Shown piece by piece: positions 51,365 to 64,000 of a stretch of DNA of 64,000 nt. The translations under genes and the position numbers were made by a program. Source of the DNA: Podarcis cretensis (taxonomy: Eukaryota). Each line of letters begins with the position of its first letter. Within the stretch, counting starts at the first letter, position 1. The notes beneath the pieces are model-generated. The model saw only the letters and a list, made by a program, of their open reading frames with translations, ran no database searches and was not told the origin of the DNA. Location of the stretch: assembly GCA_951804945.1 (NCBI GenBank), contig OX638155.1:75144001-75208000 (forward strand). Direction: 5' to 3'.

Positions 51365-51709
51365 GTTAGCTTTATATTATATTTTTAACACAATCAATTG
51401 TAAGCTGAATGATTGAGTGACTGGATCAATACTAGCTCTGCTTAAACTGCTAAAAGCTATTGACAGTTATTGCAAACAATCTTTGCCTTTGAGAATTCAA
51501 GTAGTTAGCTACCTTTCTTGGAAGGTACATTAAAATACATTAATTGGCATAGTTAGGGCAGGGTCTTCTAGAAAAGGCAATAAATAACATCTTGATAAAG
51601 CTGGAGAGTCTTGTAATTATGATGTCAACTTGCCTTTTGTTTAATTCTGGGCAGGGGGGACAGAGAAAGAAGGTCAAAGGGTTGAACAACTACAGGCAAA
51701 AAAAACAAT

Positions 51710-52240
51710 ATGAACTCTGAACAGATTGGAGAACTGGGCCAAAACTAACCAAATGAATTTAAATAGGAATAACCAGCAACACAAATATAAGATGAGAGAT
51801 GCCTGGTTTTACAAGTAGTACAAGTGAAAAGCATTAGTAGAAAACAAGCTTAACAAAAGTCAACAGTGTGATTCAGCAGCAAAAAAGAGAGAGAATTAAT
51901 GCTATTCTAGGCTGCATCAACAGAAGTATAGTGTCCAGATCAAGAGAAGGTAATAGTCCCACTCTATTCTGCCTTGGTCAGACCACACTGTGGTCAGGTC
52001 TGGGTACCACAATTTGAGAGGGATGTTGGTAAACTGTAATGTGTGCAGAGGAGGGTGACCAAGATGATCAAAGGGCTGGAAATCAAGTCTTCTGTGGAAC
52101 AGTTGGGGTGGTTGGTATGTTGGGTCTGGAAAGGAGGAGACTGAGAAGAGATATGATAGCCATCTTCAAATATCAAAAGGGCTGTCACACTGAAGATGTA
52201 GCAATAATGTTTTTTCCTGATCCAGATGTTGGAACCCTAA
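51710..52240 (+). mobile_element. CR1 LINE ORF2 3' fragment
   Basis: Remnants NAILGCINRSI, PLYSALVRPH and LERRRLRRDMIAIFKY.KG. Confidence 0.8.
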
Positions 52241-52524
52241 CCAAGGAGAGTATGACTATACATTAGGAAGGAGCATTATTATTATTACTTCAGCCATTTG
52301 AGATCACCAGAGTAAAACCTTTTCAGACAACAGTTTTCAGATTCTGACCCATTTCTACGCCTTTCAGACAGAATAGTCAAATTAGAGAAAGCCACTCCCA
52401 ACAACTTTTAATAAGATGCCCTTGAAAATTATGTACACATAATAAAGTACAATTCCACACAAAAAACAAAGCAAAATGGGCCCTCCCAAATTTTCTTTCT
52501 TTAGTATACTCTGGTTTCACCTCA

Positions 52525-52779
<255 letters not shown>

Positions 52780-53154
52780 TCAAATAAAGAGATATTAAAA
52801 AGGCAAGAAAGAGATCTTGATTACAGCACGCTAAGGGACTAGAACATCACAGCATTTCAAAAAGTCATCAGGAGAGATACTACCAATTGAAAATCTTTCA
52901 GCTCTGTACACCTAAGTAACAGCATGATAATAATTTTTATCTAATTCTTGCAATTGACATTTAGGGTTAAAAAGAAAGCTGTTCTGTTTGAAAGGTAAAA
53001 GCTAGTTTTAATGATAAAATTGTAATGTCTGGATTTTTCTCACATTGTTGTAATATTACCCAAGATATTCTCATAATGCTAGAACATATGGACACCCAAT
53101 GAAGCTGAACGTGGCAAGATTCAGCACAGATAAAAGAAAGTACTTTTCCCAAGG

Positions 53155-53408
53155 CAGCAGTGATGGCCACCAACTTGGATGGCTTTAAAAAGGATTGGAT
53201 AAATTCACGGAGGACAAGGCTATTGATGCTGCTAGCCACAATGGCTACGTTCTAGCCCCACAATCAGAGGGTTCTCAAACAAGTTGCTGGAAACTGCACT
53301 TATGTCCTGCTTGCAGGCTTCCACAGACATCTGGTTGGCCACTGTGAGAATGGGATGCTGGATTAGATGAGGCATTGGCCTGTTCCACCAAGTTCTTATG
53401 TTCTTATG
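53155..53408 (+). mobile_element. CR1-type 3' end fragment
   Basis: GTGATGGCCACCAACTTGGATGGCTTTAAAA..GGATTGGATAAATTC...TTCTTATGTTCTTATG tail. Related copies lie at ~21480-21870 (+), ~15195-15540 (-) and ~59955-60290 (-). Confidence 0.7.
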
Positions 53409-53414
53409 AGACTG

Positions 53415-53526
53415 AAGGATGGTGACAACCTTATGAGGGCTATCATCTTGAAGGTGGACAACATACTCAAGGATGGTGACAACCTTATGAGGGCTATCAT
53501 CTTGAAGGTGGACAACATACTCAAGG
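53415..53526. repeat. Perfect 54-bp tandem duplication
   Basis: AAGGATGGTGACAACC...GGACAACATACTC twice, followed by AAGG. Confidence 0.95.
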
Positions 53527-54805
53527 GTAGAAGGTGGAACTGCCCCAGAATGTGGAACTGCCACCATCATGCCAAGTGTGCTCCTCTGGGCTCTGTCCCT
53601 ACCCATTCCTACTAACCATCTTTGCTTGTTCTCACAAAGCCCTTTGATTCAACTCCACTTCTGAAGGCAGCTCACCAAGTCAAACTCTCTTTCCCTCCTC
53701 ACTGCAGCCCTCACTATCCATGAAAACACTCCACTGAACTCCTGGACAATGGGGGTTATGTTATGGGGCAGAGATTGGAGGGGGAAAATTCACATAATCA
53801 GGCATCAGGATCTTACAATAGCCAAACAAGATTGCACCAAAGGTTTCATCAATAGGGCAAGGTTTGCAGAGATATATGAAGGAAATGATTTTGTAAACCC
53901 CTTTGAGGGTTTTTTGTTTTGTTTTGTTGTGTTTTTTTTTACAATCAAGCTGTGTATGAAATAAATAAATAAAAGTCTTCTAGGATGCTGTTCCACCCAC
54001 AAGAAAGAGGGTAGTCTAGCTGAACAGCACAAGACAAATGATATGCAATTTGTTGTTTTGCTTAAACCTCAGATTGAATCCACGATTTTGTTTTTTGTTT
54101 TTTTAAGAAGTCCTATAGTTAAAGGGTTGTTCTGTCAAGATAATGAACACATAGTCAAGCAGCAAACATGATGCCACTGAATCATCTGACTCATACAGGA
54201 ACAGAATTCCTAATAGAGAAATGTTTATTGAACAGCGAATTTTATCTATGATCTGAAATGGCTCTGTGATTCAAACTTCCAGCAAAAACAGATGGAAGGT
54301 TTCTAAATGCATTCCACAGGGCAGGGATGAGGAATCACAGCAGTACCTGCTTTGTTATGGAAATGTGGCTTTTTGATCAATATACCCTCATAATTTTCAT
54401 TCATACCAGTGGGTGTGATGTGACACAACAATTAACATCATTTAGACAACATCGCTGCTGCCGCACCCTTACCACACATGCATACTTCTGTCCCTCCCAC
54501 AATTACTCCATGAAAACAGCAGTTAGGAAAACTGGGGAATAGAATAAGCTGCCATGTGAAGGCTCCACATTGTTCCTTTGTAGCTGTGACTATGCCTTGC
54601 CCGCTCCTGTGACATCAGGCAGCTGTGGCTGCCTAAAACATCCTCACAAGTCAAATGCTTGTTCTGCACTACTACCAGAGGGCCAGGCCAACCACTGAAC
54701 TGTAATGAAAGACAATGCATTCCTAGTGTAGTTAATATCTTAATTCAGACTTCTTTGGTACAATATAAGAAGGAAGAGTTCTGATGTGCCTCTGGGTTTC
54801 TTCCT

Positions 54806-54841
<36 letters not shown>

Positions 54842-55418
54842 GTTGTTGTTGTAGTTTTCATAATGAATTATACCCCACCTTTCTTCAAAGCACAGGTGAC
54901 TTACAACAATAGTAATGGAATACAAAATAAGGTAGTGCCCTGATCTATGGAAGACAGGGGGCTTTGTCACTGTACTGTGGACTTCGTCTATGCTCTCAGT
55001 ACTATGAGCACAACAGAATTAACACAGCTGAAGACTTCCAGAGCTGCAGATAATTATTTGTCTCGACACACTTCCCTGATCATCTTAGATTCTCTTTCAT
55101 ATATTTCACATATTCTGTTTTCAAAATCTTGATACATATTCCCAGGTGGAAACAGTAAAAGCTTCCTGCTCTTATATATTCATAGTAGATCGGTGATTTT
55201 TCATTTAATTAGAGCATCTATTGTGAATTCGCTATTCTGACAGTGCAGGAAACATTTCACAGGTGCAGCATGTTGCGGAGAGATTAATACAGTGCTTCTA
55301 GCACCAGAGCACATGTTTGGAACATGAGAAGCTGCTTCATAGGGAGTCAGAATATTGATCCATCTAGCTCAGTATTGACATTGGATTTCCAGTGGTCTCT
55401 CTCGGTCCAACTTCCAGG

Positions 55419-55898
55419 CAGGACTGTCCCAAGACATTTTGGCACGTGAGGCAAACCACAAAATGGTGCCTCCCGTACCAGGGAAGGAGTGAGTGAAGAT
55501 CTACATCAGGAAAAAGGCTTGGAGGAGACCAGCCGTGCCTCCTGTTTGTCAGTGGCCACTGTAGAGGCAACATGGGGGGGGCTGCTGAGGAGGCATCTGG
55601 TCCGGCTTCTAAGGAGTGTGCCACAGCTGTTGCAGCGGACAGTGGACACAGCTACACAACTGCAAATAAAACCCTTTAAATGTGTTGTAAAGTGCAATAT
55701 ACAACTGTGACACTAGATGGCGAAAGTTAGCTATGCAAAATTCAACATATTTTTCAAAATGTTTTTTTTTATTAAAAAAAGCATTTTTACAGCGTTTTTA
55801 ATATGTGTGTAGATTCCATCAGTGTATTTGTTGGGGGCTGGATCTCCTGCCCCTGTGGATCCTGTCACACTGATTGCCTCATGGGTAAGCCAGCCCTG
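55419..55898. mobile_element. hAT-like MITE
   Basis: CAGGACTG...CAGCCCTG termini; degenerate TSD CTTCCAGG/CTTCCAAA. An internal segment recurs at ~58045-58190. Confidence 0.55.
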
Positions 55899-55929
55899 CT
55901 TCCAAATAGGATCCTTTTCAAGGAGGATC

Positions 55930-56680
55930 CTGCTTGCGCTCGGGACCTTGGGGCCCCATGGCATCCGGAGGCAGGGCCTAGCCCGGCATTGCTAGGGCGG
56001 TCTCTCTATCACCCCAGTTCCAGCACCCAATCAGGTTGTTTCACAAGTTGGGGGAGGAAGAGGGTTTATAAATGGCAGCGAGATGCGTCAGAACCACTCG
56101 CTTTGTGCTGCCGAACACCTACCCACCCGCCCTCTTTGGTTTCTGTGCTTTGGCCTTGCTTGGGACTTCGGTTGGTCGCCTGCTTTGCGGCAGGGGCCTG
56201 GTAGGAATTTTGTCCACTTGGCAGATTGGCACTGGCCATTTGGTTTTCGCCTACCTCCCAGCAATCATCACAACTTTGTAAGGTTTGGCGGTTAGGCATT
56301 GACTTAGTTGTGGTTGGGGGAGGGGAGGTGTGGTCATCACCTGCCTCTCCTTAAAAAAAGGTATTCCGTTAATGGAATCTGGGGGTTCTGGATCTCATCC
56401 GAAGTCCACCTGAGGGGCTAGGGGCATGCCAGGACCACAGGAACCCCGGGCTGAGCTATAGCCGATTTGCATCGATGTAGCTCCCTCGTTTGATTTACCC
56501 TTCCAGACCTCCTGCAGGGCGGGCAGGGGTCAGTTTTAGTTTGTCAATGCCTAAGCCAATACCGCTCAGATTGTGTAATCAATAAAGTTGTGGCCTAAAT
56601 TTTGCCCATTAATTTCAAACTAAAATTTGATTTCTGTCTGAATTTATTTCTGGGGGGTTACCTATGGTCCTCGAAGCACA
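55930..56680 (+). mobile_element. Unclassified LTR-like structured repeat, copy 2
   Basis: Same ordered motif set as 38333-39156, with CCAAT (~56027), TTTATAAAT (56065-56073) and AATAAA (56581). The 5' boundary is uncertain. Confidence 0.7.
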
Positions 56681-58750
56681 AGGACTGAACAGGGGTGGGA
56701 TGTTCTTCATGCAAAGCAGATGTTCCACCACTGAGCTATATTTATTAGCACACATCCGCATGACCAAAATTACCGTGCTGATAGCACCTAATTGCAATAA
56801 CCAATTATACATAATTATTATAGACAATCTTTCTTGGCACAGGAAGGGTCCTTAAGCTTGGTGCTATAGCACAGTCTGTTTCCCTGACTGAAAAGAGCTT
56901 AGATGCCGCAAGACAGCCAGTAATCCCCCTGGGCGAGTGCTTTTCTGACTTCCTTATCATACGAAACATTTATGAAAAGGACACTTTGGGAGGCATAACA
57001 TTTGCTGTATGATTCTTGGCAGCGAAGCAACTTCGGAAGCATTCGATAAGAAAGTTGTTCTTTCTTTAAAGCTGGTTGTTCCATGTGTTTCGTTAATTAC
57101 TAAAGGCAAATGGATCACGAAAGCAGTAACAATCAATGGAGACAGAGGTTTTCTTAAATTATCATCACTTAGCTGGTTGCTTATCACTCTGGTATGAAGT
57201 GTCTTGTCTGTCTGAAGAGACATCAAGTGTGAGAATCTCCCTGGAGGAGGGGGGTCATGGCTGTTTCCTGGATGATGACATATTAGCTTGCTTTCATTGC
57301 CATTTGGCAGATAGCTGGTGTATCAAATTGTATTTTTTTAAAGAACCACTGGGCTAGTCAATGCACTCGCCTGAATCCAAACACATATTAGACAGATATA
57401 TATATAAATGAATAAATATTGCAAAGCAGATTGAAGATGCCAATTTGAACAAGAAATAATTCTTGAGACAATCACGCTCAGGCTGACAGCTGTGTAAATT
57501 GGAAAAGATTTTCAGCAAATTATTAGCACATCTTTGCCCACTACATCGTCTTTATTATAATGTAGTAGTAACTTTACTCTGAAGCTCCTGACAACTTGAA
57601 GTAATGTGATGATAAGATAAAATAATGGAGTGTTCATTTGCATTTGTAACAAAACACTGTAATTTCATCAGTCTTATTTAATGTTTGTCTTGCATCAGAT
57701 GGGTCACTACAAAACATTAGAATCTTAAAGTAGACCAAACATGTGAGGAATGATTCATATTCGGGGGTGAGGGCTGGAGGGGAAATCAGTAAATAGGACA
57801 AAACTGATTCTGAAATGATCAAGTTTACACTATGAATATATATATATGCTTAACTTGATGCATTTTGGGATATGAAATCATAAAAGCAGTTCCATTTGTT
57901 TTTATTATCTGTATTTTAATAATTTGTTTGTATAATGATTTAGTTCTATTACATTTAAATTGCTTTAAAATTCTTTTCTTTATGTGTTTTTAGCTTTTTG
58001 TATTTTATCGATGTTAAGTATTTTTTATGTGCCTTTAGACCCAGGACTCAGCTATACAGCTGCAAATATAACGTTTTAAGATCATTTTAAGTGCACTATA
58101 CAAATGTGACACCAGAGGGCAATGGTGAGCTTATGGTCAATTCAATATATTTTCCAAAACGTATTTTAAAAAAGCATTCTCTCAGATTCTCTAGATTCCA
58201 CCCCAGTCTGGGAAAAAGGTGGGGTGATGGACAATATAATTAATGAGGCAATTCCTTTCCCCATTCAGAATCTGAACCCTTGCAGTGTTTATAAAGAGAA
58301 CTGAAGAAGAAAAAGGGAAACCTTATACGTATACAGAAAACAAAGCCAGCGTGGAAACAGAGTCATTGCTACAAGCATAATGCTAGAATTATATATACAT
58401 ATTGCTATAGTTGTAATATAAATACCAGCAGCATAATATTCGACTTCCATTGTCTTCTTTTAAGAATTTTGATAGAAAATTAGAGGAACTCTTATGTAAT
58501 AAAGTTATGCTTGTCTGTGACTGAAATAAAGTTTGATAGTAATAAAGAAAGGAAGAGGAACAGCTTTAGCCAAATATGCATAGTCATGGTTTCCCCTTTT
58601 AAGCCTTATTGTAAAAGAGGATAAATTCACAATAGACAGAACAGACAGACTAAGCCTGAGCAATAGAAGACTGACCAACTCTCACAACTACTTCAAGAAG
58701 AGGTCATACAATACATTGCTGTATTGATAATTGATTTTAGTGATCTAGAT

Positions 58751-59115
58751 AGGGGCTGGGGAAGCTCCCAGTTCAAGGACGGCATTCCTTCTTGAGCATC
58801 CTTCCAGGAGCTACATGCCAGTGATGGGCGAGGTCAGAGATAGAAAGTGGGAAGGGCCAGAGACAAAACTACATGGAGCAACCGTTGTGACTCTCACATT
58901 TGTACAGTAAGCTACATTTCAGACATGCACACACACAAAACCCTCTCCATTCTCCATTCAGGCAAGCAAGAGATGTTCTCATAGTTCAAGAACACATTTC
59001 AGCCAGACGAAAGCAGTATCAGTGAGGATTGTGGCTTGAGAAGAGGAAGGAAAGTCCTTTAGGGGAAGTTCTGAGGGATACATACAGAGGTCTGGAGGGC
59101 CACATTCTAACCCTG
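58751..59115. mobile_element. Decayed hAT-Charlie MITE
   Basis: AGGGG...CCCTG ends flanked by ATCTAGAT/ATCTAGAC. Confidence 0.55.
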
Positions 59116-60311
59116 ATCTAGACTTTTTCCAGAATATTAGCTAATACTTGCCCCACATGCATTTATCCCTTATAAAATTGTAAAAGATTTCAACAATATC
59201 TAGTTCATAAGCATTTGCACAATTTCCAGTTGGCATACAATGGGTGTATGTGGAAAGGTTAAGGAGGCACACACAGACAAATTTTCATTTGCATTTAGAA
59301 CGGAACAGGACAGAATAAATATGAGTTTCAGCTGCACAAGAAATTCCAGAAATAAATAAACAGACAGACAAAATTCTCAAAACTGTAAGGCATGACTACA
59401 GGAATCAGCCTTTGAAGATAATTTTTGTGTACCACACCCCCACTTTAAAGATAATATAGTTTAGGACATTTCTTTATTTGAAAGTTATAATATAACCTAC
59501 ACTCAACTACAACAGTCAAAAACAAGCCATGCACATTACCAAGCTTGTAAGAAGATTTCTTCAAAAAGCCACAGCGTAAATAACACTTCTAACAACTCCT
59601 CTATCCAGCCCTAGGAACTAAACATAGCAAACACTTGGCATGCTGTGATCAATAGCTCCTTTTCAGCAAATCAGAATCCTTAAAGAAGAAAAAAAATGTT
59701 CTGCATTGTAGCTTATCTTCCCATATCCCACTTCACTAACAGTATCAAATCCCAAATGCTTAAATACAGAAGAGAAAGTTCTATTGGAGTTGGTGGAATT
59801 TAGGATTGTGGTTCGAAACTCTAATTCCATTGCCAAGTGAATGATATGTTTCAATACCACCTGTCATTCATTAACAACTTTATCCTGAAATCTTCTTTGC
59901 CTAAAGCCCAAGATGTCACAGATGTCTGATGTCGCAGATCAGCTAAATGAAATTCATGAGAACATAAGAAGAACCCTGTTAGATCAGACCAAATGTGCAT
60001 TTGGTCCAGCATCCTGTTCCCACGGTTACCAACCAGGTATCTGATGGAAACCCACAAGGAGCACATGAGCAGAACAGCAGTCTCCTCAGCCATGCTCTCC
60101 AGCAACTGGTAACAAAAAAAGGCATATTGCCTACTGTATAGATGTAGTAAATGACCATTATGAGTTACAGTCATGGATAGCCTTATCTTCCACAAACTTG
60201 CTTAGTTCACTTTTAAAGCCACCCAAGTTGGTCATCATCAGTATAACTCAGTAGCCATCACTACAATCTGTGACATCAAATGCCATTGTTTAAGATTATG
60301 CTATGTAAGTA

Positions 60312-60677
60312 CCGTATTTTCCCATGTATAAGATGCCTCCTATTTTGTGGAGACTCAAATTTAAGAAAATGGGACATGGCACAGGGTTGATGAGCTTTTT
60401 TGCGGAGGATTGCCCAGGGTTGTTGAGGTTTTTATGGGGATTGCATTGCAAAATCCGCTTCTCATCTGTTCCCTCACCAGCAGAAGCTGCCAACTGCCCA
60501 CCAAATTGCCACAGCGTCAGCCAATCAACACCCACCATTGACGCAACCAATAGCACGCCCAATAGCCGCTAACAGCCACGGCAGCAACCAATCAAACTAT
60601 CCATGTATAAGACAACCCCCACTTTTTAGCATAATTTTTAAAGAAAAAAACCTAGTCTTATAAATGGAAAAGTGTGG
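60312..60677. mobile_element. Tc1/mariner (pogo/Tigger-like) MITE
   Basis: TA|CCGTATTTTCCCATGTATAAGA...TCTTATAAATGGAAAAGTGTGG|TA imperfect inverted repeats; internal repeat of CCATGTATAAGA. Confidence 0.7.
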
Positions 60678-61287
60678 TACTTCATTTTGCACTTCCTGGA
60701 TCTCCTGAATATTTTGTTTCACTTGATGATCCCTGGTTCTCATACTTTTATCTACTTTCTCCACACCATACAGAAATTTATTCACCTCTTTCATGCTCCC
60801 AGCCCACATCCAAAATCACTTGACTTTTTTAATATATGTGAAGCAGCAAACAGCATGCCAGAGAATCAGCAAAGAAGGGAGATAAAGTATGCATTTTTCT
60901 TTAAGTCACAGGAGAAAAAACCCACCTGATTTTATTTATTTAAAGAAAGCAAAACAAAGCAACTAATATTTTAGAATTTTCTCTTTTTCAAAAAAATGTG
61001 ATCTGGAAAAGGCGGTGCAGAAAAACTAACATGTTCTCCAGACTTTACTCAACACGAAATCCATCACTTTATTAATGCCCCTGGTCTGTGCCATCTTTGC
61101 TCCTTTTCTTCTTGCTATGCACTACAAAAGACGTATCTTAAATTCCATGTGAAATGGCAGGAAGGTAAGTAGAGTAGCTAACACTGGCTTTACAGAAATT
61201 AATTTGATATATTGCAACAAGTGACTCCCTTGTATATAAAAGATGAGCAAAATATTAAACCATTGGGTTGTAAATTAAAGCGACTTA

Positions 61288-61392
<105 letters not shown>

Positions 61393-64000
61393 CTAGCGGG
61401 AAAAATAAAACATGTACTTAAAGCATCTACATTTATATTACTTTATCAGCATGGAATCCACATGTTTTTCAGACTCTCATATTTTATTTATATAAACAAG
61501 TCATTTGTCCAAGAAAGAAAATAACGGAAGTATATGGGGCAATAATTTACCCCTTTCTTGCAATACAATGGAACCCCTAAGGCCAGTTTTCCAATTTAAA
61601 TGCAGAAGTTTTACCTTTTTAATAACCTGAAGTTAAACGAAAGTGTCAGAGTCAAGAATTTTATTACACATCAGTAGTGGAAACTATAACATTTTTTTGT
61701 TTTTAAGCATACTTTGTTTGCAGAAGCTCATGCACGTACAAGCATATCGAGAATTCATACAGATAGATGCAAAAGGGGGGGAGATGTTTATTCTCACTTA
61801 AAAAAAAATGAAATGCAGATATAACAGCTGCAATTATAACCTGTCATTATTCACAGTAAATCAAACAACTGACAGTACTGAATTCAATAGGGTTTACTTC
61901 TATGACAAGAGCCTGAGCTTCACTTCTAAGTTGCATATGCTAGAGGGATAGCATGAGGAAGCCTCAGAGGCATGAGAATGCCAACTTAGAAACACTAGGA
62001 TAGTTTTCTGGTTTTGTTCAGAGACCAGTATTCCTATGAGAGAACCTGGAACACACTTCTAAATTAGAAAGCAAGCTGAGAGACAAACACAAAGTGGGCA
62101 GGTGAGTGAGAATCCTACGAGGAAGAGGAATGAAATCCAAAGGCTTGTAAGTCTCAAAGGACTCCTAAGTAATGTGTAGTTTTAAGTCCATTTTATTCTC
62201 TGCTTTAGTAATAATTGATTTTTTAATACTTGTTTTTTTTTACTGTTGCAAACAGCTTTGGGGGGGGGTTGTCCAGAAAAGTGGTATATAAATATTTTAA
62301 TATTTTTTGTGTGCAGGTGTGTTCGTCTGTTTTAATTAACAGTGTTCTTCTAGTTCTCTTTCCCAGATTTCCCCTCCCATTTGTCCTAATGGGATTGCCA
62401 TACTCGAGATCTCTTTTCTAAGGGCATGCTGAGGGAATATGAAGAATTTGGATCCAGTGGATCCAAAGGCTCCTCCATCCACCCGCAAAACTCATCTGGT
62501 ACCACAATCAGAGCACTCTCCAAGGGCAGAGTCCTCAGGAGCATAAGATTGGTATAATATACATGTCTAGCATCATGCTGCTTCATTACCCAGGCCAAAT
62601 AATTCACAACACTAAATTGTGGCACAAGGAACTCTGGCAGCATTCCTAAAATGATTTTTGAAGTTACAAAACATGATTTTTAATTACCCCCTTGCCTGAA
62701 AATCTAAAAGTAGTCAGTTGTTAAACTGAAAATGAAATGGTTTGCCAACTGTTCAAGCCGTTGGAGGGTATCAATGTTAACTTAGAGACAACTAACAATT
62801 TTGATATAATGCACACAATCTATCTCTGTATGTATGTATGTATGTATGTATGTATGTATGTATTCATATTTATGGACTAGGGCTTTTGTCCTTGTCAAGT
62901 TATGTTACCTACGTTGGGGGAAAGGAACCCACAGATCATTGCTGTAAGACTTTCCACATTGCACATTAATGGAAATCCTAGAGAATAATAATAATAAAAA
63001 ATATCTACAGCAGGGATGGGAACCTGTGGCTCTTTATTTGTGCAGATCACACGGGCCATGCTGGCTGAAGCTGATGGGAGTTGGAGTTCACCAAAATCTG
63101 GAATGTCACAGTTTCCTGAGATACATATTACTACCACTAAATCTTTTCCACATTATCTTCTGGTCTGGTAATGTAGGGGCATAAAAAGCACCTACATTAG
63201 ATTTGAGCTTGGACAAAGCCCCAAACTGATATTAAGGGCAGAAAGGTCATTGTTTCACTCCATACAGAACATTGATGCAAATTGTACGCTGAAATGCGAT
63301 GTCTGAAATAACTGAAAGCTATAAGGCAACCAGGGCCATGGGTTGCAACATACCAAACTAGAGTTTTAAATCATCACAGGGCTTTACAAGTGAACCCAAA
63401 TAAATAATTTTCAATCAGTATTCAGAAAACCAGTAACTTTTCATATTAAGGTTTATTGCGTATCATACACAATCCCGGTTACTTTCTACTCTATACATAC
63501 TTTCACAAAAGTGAGGTTGAGATATTAAATCAGTCTCAGTAGCCGTTTATGTACTCTCTAAACAATAGAACTTATGTAAATAAGCATCACTTTAAACAAA
63601 CAAAAATTAATTAATCACTCAGATTAATTGAAAACCAAGATAGAATCCAAATTGGGAAATCAACAAAAACAAAATGCAAATATATCACCCAACAAACAGA
63701 AAATATGTTCCCCTTTAGTTAAATAAACAAATTTGCATATATAATTTCTATAAAACCAAAGGAATCAATTACTTTTTGTTTTATGAAAGCTGAAATTATT
63801 GTTGGATGTATTGCTTTTATTATTCAGGCTTTCATGGAATATGGTAGTTTGAGACTCTCTAAAAACTTTGCATATATTAACATTTTTAATGTGTCTTCTA
63901 TAAGCCCGAGCCATGAAATTAGAACATTGTTGTTAAACATTTTAAGGCTATTTCTATCTATGCAGAATACAGCACAAAGCTTTTAACTCATCTGAAATTT

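Overview
Vertebrate genomic DNA. The repeat content (Bov-B LINE, Sauria SINE, Squam-type SINEs, hAT MITEs) points to a squamate reptile, probably a lacertid lizard. The whole 64 kb lies inside one large minus-strand gene, CSMD3. Ten internal coding exons with GT-AG boundaries and compatible phases can be chained from 61392 down to 194. They encode the end of one CUB domain, then three Sushi-CUB pairs (probably CUB3 to CUB6); three of the exons are missed or truncated by the ORF track. The introns hold a 5'-truncated L1 with an open ORF2, a full-length but lesioned Bov-B, two solo LTRs, hAT and Tc1/mariner MITEs with target-site duplications (TSDs), SINEs, CR1/L2 fragments and microsatellites. 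The most unusual observation is two diverged copies (~38.3-39.15 kb and ~55.9-56.68 kb) of a non-coding TATA-to-AATAAA element. Both copies keep an ENE-like U-rich internal-loop hairpin (a poly(A) triple-helix type motif). Both also keep a long-range helix with compensatory substitutions that would fold the poly(A) site back beside that hairpin. A ~290-bp fold-back palindrome and a sense-oriented solo LTR 29 nt from a splice donor are also notable. Family assignments come from remembered consensus features, not database searches.
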